Of a stretch of 34,786 nt of DNA, positions 18,141 through 25,343 are shown in pieces. The stretch is from a virus (lineage: Duplodnaviria; Caudoviricetes). The translations under genes were made by a program, and so were the position numbers. The stretch covers positions 1 to 34,786 of IMG/VR virus record IMGVR_UViG_3300008009_000023, one strand, 5' to 3'. The notes under the pieces are model-generated. The model saw only the letters and a list, made by a program, of their open reading frames with translations. It was not told the DNA's origin and ran no database searches. Position 1 is the stretch's first letter, and each line of letters starts with the position of its first letter.

Positions 18141-18916
18141 GTCGTGTCCTCTGTGTACTTGATGATTTCCCGGCGACTGTACCGTTTCGGGTCGCGCTCA
18201 GTCTGTATCCGCTTTGGGTCCGCACCGTAGGGTGCAAGTGCCTTCCGCAGTTTGACGAAGCCGTTCCTTCCAGCTTTGTCGCCATCGAACCACCCGATCA
18301 CCGGGAAGTCCGCTATCAGTGCCGCTTGTGTCGGTCCTACGGTAGTCCCGAGTACAGCCAAGCTATTGTATCCCGCTTCGTGTACTCGGATGGCTGAGAG
18401 CACATCTTCGACAACGACAACAGGCGTAGTTCGACCTCGCTGTAGTCGATACCAGCAAGCACCCGTTGACCCACGGGGCATGATGTACTTAGGCTTCCGT
18501 CCGTCGATTGCTCGACCAGTCCACAGGCCGGTTGGTTGTCCATCGTGAAGGATCGGAACGATGACACGGCTGCTTCGATCTGACCATCCAAAGCCGTACT
18601 GCTCCGAAGCACGCTCAGGTGTGATGCCTGCTCTGAGCACCCAAAGGTGGGCGGGAGTTGGCACATCACCGGCGTCGAGGGCGGTAACATCTGGATAGTC
18701 TGCACCAGCTTCTTCCTCATCTCGCTGACGCATTGCCAGTATGTCCGATGCGGACAACCGACCATGCGGCACGAACTCATTCGCCCCGCACCTGAAACAG
18801 TGCAGTGACAAGCCAACCGACCTGTTGGAGATATAGGCTGAAGGGTCTGGTCCACAGTGCGGAACCTTACGCTTCTGCCCGAAGGTCAGTGATCGGGCCT
18901 TGTCCTGCCACTCCAT
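18137..18916 (-). CDS. DNA primase (Zn-binding plus TOPRIM), separate from the helicase
   Basis: Start MEWQDK; HC...HCFRC Zn motif, KPKY, VVEDVLSA, LGT, WFDGDKAG. Confidence 0.9.
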   Translation of the reverse strand: MEWQDKARSLTFGQKRKVPHCGPDPSAYISNRSVGLSLHCFRCGANEFVPHGRLSASDILAMRQRDEEEAGADYPDVTALDAGDVPTPAHLWVLRAGITPERASEQYGFGWSDRSSRVIVPILHDGQPTGLWTGRAIDGRKPKYIMPRGSTGACWYRLQRGRTTPVVVVEDVLSAIRVHEAGYNSLAVLGTTVGPTQAALIADFPVIGWFDGDKAGRNGFVKLRKALAPYGADPKRIQTERDPKRYSRREIIKYTEDTT

Positions 18917-19238
18917 ACCTGCCCGCCTCCACGACTTCGATGGTGAATGTCGCACTCGTGAAGCGCCACACCGCATCGAACATCTGGTACTTACCAGCGT
19001 GGATCGCGATGAACGCAGGGTGCTTCCGCCGCGAGCCATGAGGCCAAGCGACGATGGTCCGCCCGCGTGCTGGATGCTCGTAGCCTTCCAGCCCGCCGTG
19101 CTCCATCAGTCCGTCGATGAGGTACACGAAGCGCTCTTCCCAAGCGACCGTAGACCGAGGCATGAAAGTCTCGACCGCCAAGTCGCTCAGCCAGTCCGCG
19201 TCTGCGACAGCCCGAAGGTGCGCCAGTTCAGTGTCCAT
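18867..19238 (-). CDS. Hypothetical protein
   Basis: Start MDTELAH after GGAG; overlaps the primase start. Confidence 0.6.
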   Translation of the reverse strand: MDTELAHLRAVADADWLSDLAVETFMPRSTVAWEERFVYLIDGLMEHGGLEGYEHPARGRTIVAWPHGSRRKHPAFIAIHAGKYQMFDAVWRFTSATFTIEVVEAGRYGVAGQGPITDLRAEA

Positions 19239-19413
19239 TGGTCCGTCTCCATGCGATGAACGCCACGGCGACCAGCGCCCCGAGCACCCCAGCGAGTGCA
19301 TACGGGAACACGATCATCACGACTGCTGAGAAAAGGTAGATGAGCCACACCGCTGCTCCCACGATGGAGAACAGCAGGCACAGCGACAGGAAAGTCTTGA
19401 TGTAGTAGTCCAT
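19228..19413 (-). CDS. Small two-TM membrane protein
   Basis: MDYYIKTFLSLCLLFSIVGAAVWLIYLF...ALVAVAFIAWRR; overlaps the upstream stop. Confidence 0.6.
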   Translation of the reverse strand: MDYYIKTFLSLCLLFSIVGAAVWLIYLFSAVVMIVFPYALAGVLGALVAVAFIAWRRTNGH

Positions 19414-19886
19414 CAGAACTCTCCGTACTCTCCGTTGAAGGTGAGCTCGCCCTCGACCGTCTCCCACCGCTCGCGCATCTTGTCGATGGCCTTCGAGGGC
19501 ACACCGTGCGACGACTTGAACAGGCCAGTGCAGACGATCACCTTCACGTCCACGTCGCGGGACAGTCCGGTGCGCTGAAGCCCGGTGATGTAGCGTTCGA
19601 CCTCGCGCTTCGTGGTGAAGGCGTTCGCCACGGCGACGGAGTACCCGCTGCGCAGATACCGGAAGGTGCGGCCATAGCACTCGTCGTGCGCCGCGCCGAG
19701 GAACCTGCGGTCGAAGTTGTAGGTCTCGGCGTGCCCATTGCTCGACACGAAGAACTTATCGGCCTCGACCTTGATGGCCTGATACCGCCCGAGTTCGTCG
19801 GCCAGCAGCATCGCAACGATCGTGTCCGCCAGTGTGGACTTGCCAGAGCCGGGCAGGCCACGGATGATGTAAAGGGTCGGTTTCAT
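19413..19886 (-). CDS. P-loop kinase (AAA_33 / polynucleotide-kinase-like)
   Basis: LYIIRGLPGSGKST, EADKFF, VAVANAFT, SSHGVP...M.ERWE. Confidence 0.85.
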   Translation of the reverse strand: MKPTLYIIRGLPGSGKSTLADTIVAMLLADELGRYQAIKVEADKFFVSSNGHAETYNFDRRFLGAAHDECYGRTFRYLRSGYSVAVANAFTTKREVERYITGLQRTGLSRDVDVKVIVCTGLFKSSHGVPSKAIDKMRERWETVEGELTFNGEYGEF

Positions 19887-19986
19887 GTCAGTTCTCCTTG
19901 TGGAATGATGGGTGGCAGTGATGTCGGGATGCCAGCCCGCCAGATGGTTCAGCTTGCGCTAGGGATGTCTGGACCCCCCGTCTCGA

Positions 19987-20313
19987 TCAGAGACCGGCCA
20001 GCGGGTCGTCCTCGTCCTCGATCTCGTCGGCTGCGTCGTCGCCCTCGGCTTCGGTCGCGGCACCGGCGTAGGTCTGGCGCGTCGGCTTCACGATCCGGCC
20101 ATCCTCGGCGGCGCGGTTCAGGTAGGTGCGGACGGTGGTCTCGGCAGGCACTTCGATCCCCGAGGCGACGGCCACGGCGATGATCTCCTTGATGCCCAAC
20201 GAACGCGGGGCGGCGTTCACCAGCGCGGCGAAGGTTCCGACCAGTTCCGGCTCGACGCCGCCACGAACGGGCGCAGCGGGCAGGGCCGAGAAGTCGAAGT
20301 TGAAGTTGGTCAT
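19987..20313 (-). CDS. Winged-helix-like protein with an acidic C-terminal tail
   Basis: LGIKEII..AVASG...PAETTVRTYL...GRIVKPTRQTY followed by EAEGDDAADEIEDEDDPLAGL; RBS GGAGAG. Confidence 0.6.
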   Translation of the reverse strand: MTNFNFDFSALPAAPVRGGVEPELVGTFAALVNAAPRSLGIKEIIAVAVASGIEVPAETTVRTYLNRAAEDGRIVKPTRQTYAGAATEAEGDDAADEIEDEDDPLAGL

Positions 20314-20329
20314 TGGTCTCTCCAAAGGT

Positions 20330-20545
20330 TGTGAGGCAGCACGCCTCGGTTCAGGGCAGGATGCGCCCTCAAGTGCAGCACGCTGGCGTTGTCCACCCTC
20401 TCCACGAGGGTAGGGTTAGCCATAGGTCTCCACGTCTAGCCGCTTCATAGACCATGCTGTTTCTGACTTGCCGGTCAGCCGCAGCTTCACACCCACGGCA
20501 ATGGCCGTGCTGCACATGGGGACGCACCTTGACAGTGCGTCCTGC
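20330..20545 (-). ncRNA. Candidate multi-stem structured RNA (intergenic)
   Basis: 10-bp closing stem 20373-20382/20506-20515 plus at least six further hairpins in about 220 nt with no convincing CDS. Confidence 0.4.
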
Positions 20546-20547
20546 GT

Positions 20548-20868
20548 TCAGGCTGCCTGCTCTTTCAGGCGGTCCGACTGTCCAGTGTCGATCATGCAGG
20601 TCAGGCCGGGCTGCGGCTTGATGAGTACCGTGTAGGTGCCTGTCGAACCGTTGGCCCACAAGTATGCAATGCCTCCCGGTACTGGCGCTGGCTGCTCGTC
20701 CCGCAGCGTTTCACCGTAGTCTTCGGTGAGTTGCTTCTCGATCACGCCAGTCTGCGCGCAGGGAACACCCTGAGCCTCCGCACGGTCATAACCGATGATG
20801 ATGAAGACGATCGCCACGGTCAGCATGGCGATGAGGTTGCCGAAGTAGGCGGCGAAGAAACGGTTCAT
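20548..20868 (-). CDS. Membrane-anchored or secreted protein with a Cys pair
   Basis: MNRFFAAYF...TM segment, then C...L...YGE...TGTYTV...G.TC pattern; RBS AAGGAGAG. Confidence 0.65.
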   Translation of the reverse strand: MNRFFAAYFGNLIAMLTVAIVFIIIGYDRAEAQGVPCAQTGVIEKQLTEDYGETLRDEQPAPVPGGIAYLWANGSTGTYTVLIKPQPGLTCMIDTGQSDRLKEQAA

Positions 20869-20879
20869 GTTCTCTCTCC

Positions 20880-21311
20880 TTATTCGTGGGCGAACCGCGT
20901 GCCCGGAGACACGATGTCGCGGTAGGTGGCGCGGCTCATGCCCGCCATTGTGTCCTTCGTGGAGAAGTGCATCCCCGTGAAGGCCGTGCGCTGGACATGC
21001 ACCCATGTGGTGTCGATGCCGAACAGGTCTGCCCATGCGCTGATGTAGTTCCGCATCGTCTCGTAGACGCGGGTCTCCTTCGCCAGTTCGCAGGACAGCT
21101 TGATGTGCAGCGTGTCCTCGCGTTCCAGCTTGCCACGGAAAGTCTCGGCATGGGACGCTCCGTCGCTCCTCCAGTACCCTTCGGTCGGAATCACGGCGCA
21201 CCCGCCGCACAGCTTGCAGGCGAGTTCGATGACGCGATTGCGAAAATGCTCCGCGTTCTCGGCCTTCCGGTCGTATCCGATCAGGAAGGTCAGTTCGACT
21301 TGTTCACGCAT
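20880..21311 (-). CDS. Hypothetical early protein
   Basis: 143-aa ORF, RBS AAGGAG. Confidence 0.7.
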   Translation of the reverse strand: MREQVELTFLIGYDRKAENAEHFRNRVIELACKLCGGCAVIPTEGYWRSDGASHAETFRGKLEREDTLHIKLSCELAKETRVYETMRNYISAWADLFGIDTTWVHVQRTAFTGMHFSTKDTMAGMSRATYRDIVSPGTRFAHE

Positions 21312-21711
21312 TGGAGTTCTCCTTGCTGGTATTCACACCCTGAACAGGGCGCAGAGTGGGCAACGGCGGGTCCATGGCCATCTTCATGGCGTTGTCGGAC
21401 AGCGCCATCTTCATGGCGTTGTCGGACTGCTTCGGTGCGGTGTATTCCGCGTACTCCATCCAGCAGCTTGCCCCGCAGGGCGTCTTGTTGACGGGATCGT
21501 AGATCATGTGCCCGGCAGGCACATCGTAGTCGTAGTGGTGTTCGGTCTCACCGATCTTCGGTCCCCACACTCGCGTCAGCCGGTCTCCGAACGGTCCACG
21601 GCTCACGTCCACCCACTGGTAGCGGTTCACGCAGATCACCGGCAGGTTCGCGCCCTCTGTGGCATTGGCCTTGATGTGCCACTGGTTCACAGTCACAGTC
21701 ACGACAGTCAT
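21304..21711 (-). CDS. Hypothetical early protein with an internal duplication
   Basis: 135 aa, RBS AAGGAG; contains SDNAMKMA twice. Confidence 0.65.
   Translation of the reverse strand: MTVVTVTVNQWHIKANATEGANLPVICVNRYQWVDVSRGPFGDRLTRVWGPKIGETEHHYDYDVPAGHMIYDPVNKTPCGASCWMEYAEYTAPKQSDNAMKMALSDNAMKMAMDPPLPTLRPVQGVNTSKENSNA
21377..21427. repeat. 24-bp perfect direct repeat, period 27
   Basis: gccatcttcatggcgttgtcggac at 21377-21400 and 21404-21427. Confidence 0.9.
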
Positions 21712-21714
21712 GTT

Positions 21715-21948
21715 TCACTCCTTTGTTGAACGCTCGATGCTCCGTAGCAGAGCAAGGTAGCAGTGTTGCTTCTCACGGACGGAGAAGTCGAGGAAGGCGG
21801 CTAAGATGCCCACCCGAGGGTTGAGCAGGACGACCAGTCCGGTGATCCCGCATAGTGTCCAGCCCGGCGGAGTGTTCAGCAACATCCGGCTCAAGGCTTC
21901 GCTGGCGTGGGATCGGAATGGCCGACCAGTCATCGCATGGGTCATCAC
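21715..21948 (-). CDS. Small hypothetical early protein
   Basis: 77-aa ORF coupled to the upstream stop. Confidence 0.5.
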   Translation of the reverse strand: MMTHAMTGRPFRSHASEALSRMLLNTPPGWTLCGITGLVVLLNPRVGILAAFLDFSVREKQHCYLALLRSIERSTKE

Positions 21949-22160
21949 ACCAACTCCGCTGCATGACGCTCGCTCATCTCGCCCAGCGTGCCATCGGTGA
22001 ACTTGAGCAGTATCCAGTAGCCCAAGAGTGCACCACGGCTGTAGCGCCGGTGATAGGTCGCTTCGCGCACCTGTTCAGACTGCATGGCACGATTGCACAC
22101 GCAGGCCGCCTTGTCACTTGTCACGAACAAAGCGGTCGCGGTATTCGCAGTATCGAACAC
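21945..22160 (-). CDS. Small hypothetical early protein
   Basis: 71 aa, GTG start with upstream AAGGAGG. Confidence 0.55.
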   Translation of the reverse strand: MFDTANTATALFVTSDKAACVCNRAMQSEQVREATYHRRYSRGALLGYWILLKFTDGTLGEMSERHAAELV

Positions 22161-22320
22161 TTCCGTCCTCCTTCCAGAACTCGCGGGCGAGGAACACGAA
22201 GGTGATCGCCATGCCCAGCAGTTGAACTTCGGCAGGCATCATCCAAGTCAGGGTGATGCTGCCCATGCAGCCGACAGCGGACATCAAGCCCACTGTCGCA
22301 ATCTTCTTGAGGGTTTTCAT
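22114..22320 (-). CDS. Small membrane protein (two hydrophobic segments)
   Basis: 68 aa, ATGA-coupled to the upstream micro-ORF. Confidence 0.55.
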   Translation of the reverse strand: MKTLKKIATVGLMSAVGCMGSITLTWMMPAEVQLLGMAITFVFLAREFWKEDGSVRYCEYRDRFVRDK

Positions 22321-22412
22321 CTGTCAACCCACTTCCATGTCCATGTGTCCCATGCAAGCCAGCACTCGCTGACAGGCATATACTTGAGGAGGATGTAGCG
22401 CCCGTCAAACAT
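22317..22412 (-). CDS. 31-aa Trp-rich microprotein (not in the ORF track)
   Basis: MFDGRYILLKYMPVSECWLAWDTWTWKWVDR; RBS-like AGGGGA; stop overlaps the next ATG (ATGA). Confidence 0.5.
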   Translation of the reverse strand: MFDGRYILLKYMPVSECWLAWDTWTWKWVDR

Positions 22413-22467
22413 AGTGTATCCCCTGTAATCCGTCAGGCGGGAGGCCCTGCTGAATACACAGGTGATC

Positions 22468-22677
22468 TTACGCCGCGACCATCAGGGCAACGCGGTCGAG
22501 GTTGAACACGCCGCGCCACTTGTAGAGCGCGAGGTTGGTGCCGATGTCCCGCAGCGCGGTCATAGCCTGCACATAGTCCTCATAGCACTCATCGTAGTCG
22601 TCGTAGGTCTTGCTCCACAGTTGCGTGCCCAGCGAATTGCAGGCACCCCAGCGGTAGCGATTGCTTGTGTTGTTCAT
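22468..22677 (-). CDS. Small hypothetical early protein
   Basis: 69 aa, RBS AAGGAGAG. Confidence 0.7.
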   Translation of the reverse strand: MNNTSNRYRWGACNSLGTQLWSKTYDDYDECYEDYVQAMTALRDIGTNLALYKWRGVFNLDRVALMVAA

Positions 22678-22689
22678 AACTCTCTCCTT

Positions 22690-22802
22690 GGCTGCACTCT
22701 AGTGAGCATGGTCAATCCGTTAGGCGTGCTGCCCTGCTGTATAGACAGGTGGACTTATGCCGCGTGCAGGTAGGGCGGTGCCATGCTCACAAGGGTGCAG
22801 CC
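22690..22802 (-). other. Long-range RNA stem (RNase III-site-like) enclosing a 69-nt loop domain
   Basis: 22690-22711 and 22781-22802 are complementary at 20 of 22 positions. Confidence 0.65.
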
Positions 22803-22828
22803 CGGTGTTAAGCCGGGCCGCAGGTAGG

Positions 22829-23365
22829 TCAGTGCATGATCGCAGGACGGTTCAGAGCCTTGAGACCGGCGATCATCTCGGGCGTCACCTTGCTCTCGTC
22901 GCCCATCTTGCCAACGTCCTTCTCCATCTTGGCGATGAGCGAGGCGATCAGCTTGCGAGGGTCGTCAATCGGCTTGTATTCCGCTTCGGGCTTGAATTCC
23001 CACCAGCGATTGTTCGCCAGTTCCTTCAGGTTCAAGTGCTGACCCTTGGCGAGCAGCTTCGGCACGTAGAACTGGCCCTTGTTCTCGCCTTCCTCGACCG
23101 GCTTCAGGCCCATGTAGACCTCGACCCACTCACGGATCGCGTTCTTGCGCAGACCGCCCAGCTTGTCCTTGTCGAGCAGCATGTTGATGTGCCCAGCGAC
23201 AGGGCGCATGTCCCCCGAGGAAGCCCAGCGAGTGCAGATGGCCACCAGAAGCCGGTGCACGTCGAGTTGCAGAGTGTCGCCCCGAGTGTGCAGCGACTTG
23301 ATCGCGGCAGTAATGCCAGCCTCGTCATTGACCGAGGCAAGTTTCATGAAGCTGATAGCGGCCAT
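22829..23365 (-). CDS. First early protein, hypothetical
   Basis: 178 aa, RBS AGGAGAG; first ORF after the host-type promoters. Confidence 0.8.
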   Translation of the reverse strand: MAAISFMKLASVNDEAGITAAIKSLHTRGDTLQLDVHRLLVAICTRWASSGDMRPVAGHINMLLDKDKLGGLRKNAIREWVEVYMGLKPVEEGENKGQFYVPKLLAKGQHLNLKELANNRWWEFKPEAEYKPIDDPRKLIASLIAKMEKDVGKMGDESKVTPEMIAGLKALNRPAIMH

Positions 23366-23803
23366 TGTGCTCTCCTATGTTGAATGGCTTCAGGTTCACA
23401 GTGAACCTGTAGATGCACTTCACCCGTCCGATGAAGTGTCCATTCGTGGAGTGCATTTATAGGCTCACCACATAAAGGCCGAGTTGTCAGTTCGCCCAAT
23501 AATGCAGTTACCTTTCCCTGATAAGTCAAGACTAGCGTTCAGATTGCATAAGCGCAGGACGAGCGTCAGCAATGTCCATAGCCCACAAGCTAGGCCCTGT
23601 CTTGATAACAGGTTGGTGGCGTGCCAAGTCTTAGGCACGATTTACGCCACCCTATCCCCTTCAAGGTATAGCCCGCGACTTACAGATGCACAAGGCTAGT
23701 TTCTATCGACACTCTAATGCCGTGAGGAACCTTTGCGGCACAAGTTATGAAGCCGCTATGTCTTGACTTAGGCAGCTACCGCTGCTTTCGGTCTATGCTA
23801 TCT

Positions 23804-23832
23804 TGTCTAGCCTAGTCTTGTTCCCTTGTCAA
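23804..23832 (-). promoter_or_regulatory. Host sigma70-type early promoter
   Basis: TTGACA-17 bp-TAGACA. Confidence 0.6.
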
Positions 23833-23942
23833 GCCCTAGTTTCGCTTTCCTGTTGACCTAGGACGCTGGCAATAGGCGGAGCACTCTGGCCCTACAACCC
23901 TGTAGCCTAGTCGCATAGTCTAGTAAGCTAGTTAGTGGCCTA

Positions 23943-23971
23943 TCTATGGCATAAAGCCTAGGCTATGTCAA
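23943..23971 (-). promoter_or_regulatory. Host sigma70-type early promoter
   Basis: TTGACA-17 bp-CATAGA; shares the upstream AGGGCTTGACA with the 23832 promoter. Confidence 0.5.
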
Positions 23972-24083
23972 GCCCTAACTTGTCGGGCTATCTTCGATCC
24001 GGTTTCCCTGTGGGTGTGTCCGTTTCGATGATTTGACTATGCCATAAGCCGAAACGAATTGCAAGAGAAAAGTTATACAAGGT

Positions 24084-24188
24084 TTTCAATAGGTTAGACG
24101 ATCCGGTATGATAACCCATTGATATTAAACAGGAATAAAATTGCCGTGCGAAGCAGGGATTCACCAACAATCTTATAAGCTATTGATA
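24084..24188. promoter_or_regulatory. Cluster of IHF-consensus-like sites in an AT-rich tract
   Basis: TAACCCATTGATA (24112-24124) and TAAGCTATTGATA (24176-24188) match the reverse complement of WATCAANNNNTTR; a one-mismatch site lies at 24084-24096. Confidence 0.45.
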
Positions 24189-24230
24189 AACAAGGGTAAT
24201 CTGGCCAAGACAGATACCGTTAAACCCCTC

Positions 24231-24250
24231 TGTCTATATGTGTGGAAGTC
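24231..24250 (-). promoter_or_regulatory. Phage RNAP promoter, copy 2 (genome-end region)
   Basis: GACTTCCACACATATAGACA, identical core to the other two copies. Confidence 0.85.
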
Positions 24251-24341
24251 AGATTATTGAATGAAAACAGATAGATAGCACCCATGCACACGATCAATCC
24301 AGCTTTCAAACCCCCCCCTGCACTAGCAAAGGCGGGCGCAC

Positions 24342-24370
24342 GCGTTACACCACGCGGACTAGCAAGTCAA
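24342..24370 (-). promoter_or_regulatory. Possible host sigma70-type promoter
   Basis: TTGACT-17 bp-TAACGC. Confidence 0.4.
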
Positions 24371-24405
24371 TCCCCATTGTGGGAAATGAAACATAACTTG
24401 ATGTA

Positions 24406-24434
24406 TTGACCTAGGGCCCCCCCTATGGTATCAT
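24406..24434 (+). promoter_or_regulatory. Strong sigma70-type promoter on the non-coding strand
   Basis: TTGACC-17 bp-TATCAT with extended -10 TG at 24426-24427. Confidence 0.6.
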
Positions 24435-24518
24435 GGCGGGCATGGGGGAAATTCACGCGCGACTTGGTATAGATACCCGCTCAAAAAATTGTACCGCAAA
24501 AATTACAACTCACTTCAC

Positions 24519-24560
24519 CCTGAGTGGGACTACACAGTCAAAACCATGTAGTCCCGCAGG
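24519..24560 (-). terminator. Hairpin after the last late gene (terminator or processing site)
   Basis: GGGACTACA/TGTAGTCCC (24526-24534, 24547-24555) extended by CCTG/CAGG; T-runs occur further downstream rather than immediately after. Confidence 0.4.
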
Positions 24561-24563
24561 GCA

Positions 24564-24860
24564 TCACCCCTTCAGACCCCAGATGTCATACATCGCGGCA
24601 GACGTGCTGGAGACACCCCGGATGGGCACATCATACACGAGACCGGCCTGAACACCCTTGATGACAAGGATGGAGCCGTCAAGCGTATACACGCCGATTT
24701 CTGGAGGGGTAGCGGACCCGACTGTTCCGACGACAAAACCTCGGAATGAGCCAATAGTGGAAGAGAAACGTACATCCACGTTAGCTGCAACACCCGGAGT
24801 GGGGTCATAAGCCGCGATGGGGACAGCGCCGGTGTACTTTGGAGCGGTGGGATAACTCAT
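24564..24860 (-). CDS. Small beta-rich hypothetical protein, last late gene
   Basis: MSYPTAPK..., RBS AGGAGG; alternative GTG at 24863. Confidence 0.65.
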   Translation of the reverse strand: MSYPTAPKYTGAVPIAAYDPTPGVAANVDVRFSSTIGSFRGFVVGTVGSATPPEIGVYTLDGSILVIKGVQAGLVYDVPIRGVSSTSAAMYDIWGLKG

Positions 24861-25333
24861 CACGAGCCTCCTGAGTTGGCCCGGCGATCAACACCACCGG
24901 GGGTTACAGCGTCAAGACGCTCTCGGGCCACACCTTCGCGCTTCTCCCAGCTACGCATCGCGCCGAGACCAAGCATACCCATCAGGACGGGCATCATGGC
25001 AGCGAGATCGAGTTCAGGAACGAGGGTGAGATCGACGGGAAGCCCGAAGGCGACCACGAAGAACGAGAGCATGGGGTAGAGCAGGAAGGCCCAAGTGAAC
25101 GCAAGACCGCATACCCACCCGACGAAGGGACGCCAACCGGCGATGAATATGCTGGCGTGCTGCGCTTCTTGGGCGTTCACTGCGATCTGAGCGAGTTCAC
25201 CGGACTTTTCGAGTTCCAGCACCTTCAGCTTTGCAGCCATGCGCTCGTCGTCGGAAGTGAACAGCTTGTCGATGAGGCCGAACAGGCCCGATGCTATCGG
25301 ACCCGCAGCCAGTAGTGCGGCAGGAAGGGCCAT
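24860..25333 (-). CDS. Holin, GTA-type 3-TM family
   Basis: Start MALPAALL (RBS AAGGAGG); IDKLF..DDER..AKL, N..EA.H.S.F.AGWRPFVGWVCG, LMGMLGLGAMRSWEK. Confidence 0.85.
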   Translation of the reverse strand: MALPAALLAAGPIASGLFGLIDKLFTSDDERMAAKLKVLELEKSGELAQIAVNAQEAQHASIFIAGWRPFVGWVCGLAFTWAFLLYPMLSFFVVAFGLPVDLTLVPELDLAAMMPVLMGMLGLGAMRSWEKREGVARERLDAVTPGGVDRRANSGGS

Positions 25334-25343
25334 ACTGACCTCC

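Noticed and set aside
20430-20490. Hammerhead ribozyme (CUGA...GAAA on the minus strand)
   Set aside because: Lacks the CUGANGA core, and the CUGAC is itself base-paired
22732-22750. TATAGACAG on the plus strand as a fourth phage promoter
   Set aside because: Only the 3' part matches; the CCACAC recognition core is missing, and it lies inside an RNA stem-loop region
24125-24139. CtrA box TTAA-N7-TAAA
   Set aside because: A single imperfect match in AT-rich DNA is expected by chance
23400-24560. Prophage attachment site, dif site or CRISPR array in the non-coding region
   Set aside because: No integrase, host genes, dif-like 28-mer or regularly spaced repeats; it fits a genome-end junction better. 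The terminal repeat cannot be delimited from a single copy
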